From an uncultured bacterium (lineage in GTDB: Bacteria; Patescibacteriota; Minisyncoccia; Phycocordibacterales; Phycocordibacteraceae), in contig CAWKPH010000001.1 in assembly GCA_963851445.1 (NCBI GenBank), forward strand, positions 425,363-489,362: a stretch of DNA of 64,000 nucleotides, given 5' to 3'. The notes under the pieces are model-generated. The model did no database searches and was not told the origin of the DNA. It saw only the letters and a list, made by a program, of their open reading frames with translations. Shown piece after piece: positions 61,826-64,000 of this stretch (positions within the stretch are counted from its first letter, which is position 1; each line of letters starts with the position of its first letter). Position numbers and translations under genes: made by a program.

Positions 61826-63946
61826 ATGCTACTACCCGACAACGAAAAGCGAGACATCATAAAGTACATCGAATCCGACACACCATTGCCGGATAAATAT
61901 CGTTTTCAGCTTTTTGAAGACAAGCGAGAAGTAGAACTTGTCTGGAACGGAAAAACGAATGAGGTAACCAACGTAGTCCTTCCATTCCAAATCATCGAAC
62001 AGGTCGATGAGCCTCGCAGCGACAGGGAAATCAAACTCCAGCAATCACTTTTTGATATTGATCCGCGCGGGCGACAGCTGAAGGGATGGACGAATAAGCT
62101 GATCTGGGGAGACAACAAACTTATTCTCTCCAGCCTTAAAAACGGCCCGCTCCGGGATGAAATAGAGGCTCAAGGAGGCATCAAGCTCATTTACATTGAT
62201 CCGCCATTCGATGTCGGTGCAGATTTCTCAATGAGTGTCGAGATTGGCGATGAGGAATTCACCAAAAAGCCAAACGTTCTTGAGGAGCTCGCATATCGAG
62301 ATACATGGGGAAAGGGAGCTGATAGTTTTATTTCCATGATTCATGAGCGTTTGCTCATTATGCGAGATTTACTAGCCGATGATGGTAGTGTATACGTACA
62401 TTGCGACTGGAGAGTGAGCGGCTATTTACGCTTAGTGCTGGATGAGGTCTTTGGAAAAGATCAATTTCAGCGTGAAATAATTTGGTCTATTGAAACCGCT
62501 TCCGGTTTCAAAGCTCAAACTGACAACTGGATCAGAGGTCACGATACGATTTTTTACTATTCAAAAACAGGTTCCCCAACCTTCAATAAGGAGTTTTTCG
62601 TGCTCGATGAAAAGACAATTCGTCGTTACGACAAAACTGACACGGACGGAAAACGCTATAAGGTTTATTACAACGCTGATGGATCAGAACGCAGAGTGTA
62701 TCTCGATACTTCCAAGGGACGTCCAGTTACTGATACATGGACTGATATCATAGGCTTTCAAACTGTAAATAATACAGGAGAATATCTTGACTATCCTACA
62801 CAGAAGCCCGAGGCTTTAATTGAACGTATCATCAAGGCATCCTCTAATGAAGGAGACCTTGTCGCTGATTTTTTCTGTGGCTCTGGTACAACACTTTCTG
62901 TTGCTGAAAAACTTGGTCGCAAATGGATCGGTTCAGACCTCGGCAAGTTTGCGATTCATACTGCACGTAAACGCATGATCGGCGTTCAGCGCCAGCTAAG
63001 AAAAGAAGATAAGAATTTTCGCGCATTCGAGATACTCAACCTCGGCAAGTACGAGCGACAGCATTATATTGGAGTAAATACCAATCTAAACAACGAAGAT
63101 CAGGAAAGACAATTAGCTCGCAAAGAAAAAGATTTTATTTCACTCGTCCTCTCTGCCTATAAAGCAGAAGAAATTGACGGATTCAAGACATTCTATGGCA
63201 AGAAGAATTCTCGGCTGGTAGCAATCGGTCCGATCAATCTGCCACTCTCACGTCTCTTTGTCGAGGAAATAATCAAAGAGTGTCAAGAAAAGCAACTTAC
63301 TAAGGTCGATATTCTGGCCTTTGAATTCGAAATGGGACTCTTCCCAAATATTCAAGAAGAAGCAAAAGATAAGGGAATCGACCTCGGCTTAAAATATATT
63401 CCGCGCGATGTTTTCGATAAGCGTGCAATCGAGAAGAATCAAGTGGTCTTCAACGATGTTTCGTATATCGAGGTTAAGCCGATTGTGAAAAAGCGTACTT
63501 TGTCGATCGAACTTGCTGATTTCTCAGTCTTTTATAATCAGGATTCACTAAAGGAAGTCGAAGAAAACCTCAAGGCCGGCGGCAAAAAGCTCCTTATTGA
63601 AAACGGCCAAATAATCAAGGTTTCAAAAGACAAAGACGGAATTCTTGAACGCGAAGTGCTCACTAAAAAATGGACTGACTGGATCGATTATTGGGCAATC
63701 GACTTTAACTTCGAAAGCAAAAAGGAGATCATTCGGATTAAGGGGAAAGATGGAGAAACTCAAGATTTCTGGACAGGTGACTACGTGTTCGAAAATGAAT
63801 GGCAGACATTTAGAACAAAGAAAGATCGAAGTCTTGAGCTCACGAGCACACCGCGAGAGATTGACTCCGGAAAGCGAAAAATCGCAATTAAAGTAGTCGA
63901 TATTTTCGGCAACGACACAATGAAAGTGATCGAGGTCACAATATAA
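61826..63946 (+). CDS. mod: Site-specific N6-adenine DNA methyltransferase (type III Mod-like)
   Basis: LIYIDPPF, AY.DTW, YPTQKPEALIERII, ADFFCGSGTT, K.AIKVVDIFGND. Confidence 0.9.
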   Translation: MLLPDNEKRDIIKYIESDTPLPDKYRFQLFEDKREVELVWNGKTNEVTNVVLPFQIIEQVDEPRSDREIKLQQSLFDIDPRGRQLKGWTNKLIWGDNKLILSSLKNGPLRDEIEAQGGIKLIYIDPPFDVGADFSMSVEIGDEEFTKKPNVLEELAYRDTWGKGADSFISMIHERLLIMRDLLADDGSVYVHCDWRVSGYLRLVLDEVFGKDQFQREIIWSIETASGFKAQTDNWIRGHDTIFYYSKTGSPTFNKEFFVLDEKTIRRYDKTDTDGKRYKVYYNADGSERRVYLDTSKGRPVTDTWTDIIGFQTVNNTGEYLDYPTQKPEALIERIIKASSNEGDLVADFFCGSGTTLSVAEKLGRKWIGSDLGKFAIHTARKRMIGVQRQLRKEDKNFRAFEILNLGKYERQHYIGVNTNLNNEDQERQLARKEKDFISLVLSAYKAEEIDGFKTFYGKKNSRLVAIGPINLPLSRLFVEEIIKECQEKQLTKVDILAFEFEMGLFPNIQEEAKDKGIDLGLKYIPRDVFDKRAIEKNQVVFNDVSYIEVKPIVKKRTLSIELADFSVFYNQDSLKEVEENLKAGGKKLLIENGQIIKVSKDKDGILEREVLTKKWTDWIDYWAIDFNFESKKEIIRIKGKDGETQDFWTGDYVFENEWQTFRTKKDRSLELTSTPREIDSGKRKIAIKVVDIFGNDTMKVIEVTI

Positions 63947-63950
63947 ATCT

Positions 63951-64000
63951 ATGGCACTTCATCAAAAATTTCCAAAATCTCCATACGCGATTCTTGATCC
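63951..64000 (+). CDS. Start of probable type III restriction (Res) subunit, truncated
   Basis: MALHQKFPKSPYAILD directly after mod. Confidence 0.55.
   Translation, partial: MALHQKFPKSPYAILD

Overview
The window looks like a Patescibacteria (CPR, probably Parcubacteria) chromosome segment. This is inferred from the short SecA and ObgE, near-absent Shine-Dalgarno sites, many leaderless-type promoters and ATST/ASST-rich surface proteins. 1-12.5 kb is a surface-glycan cluster (GT2/GT4/GT9, methyltransferases, GtrB, GtrA fusion, Wzx flippase, O-antigen-ligase/TPR protein). 12.5-20 kb holds murB, an unannotated 31-aa histone-H1-like peptide, a vasohibin-like enzyme, secA (one frameshift), obgE and gatB. 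20-35.3 kb holds two paralogous membrane proteins with the same N-terminal excisionase-like HTH; the second is a ~4,545-aa adhesin-like giant built from phage-tail-like modules. After gap, a single-orientation podovirus-like prophage spans ~36.5-60.7 kb. It has an iteron/DnaA-box origin, a three-copy promoter motif in front of structural operons, several structured intergenic elements and an antisense 50-aa all-hydrophobic protein. Its structural module has many frameshifts, probably read errors. The window ends with Fic and type III R-M genes. No tRNA, rRNA, CRISPR array or integrase was seen. All family calls come from motif recognition by eye; no searches were run.
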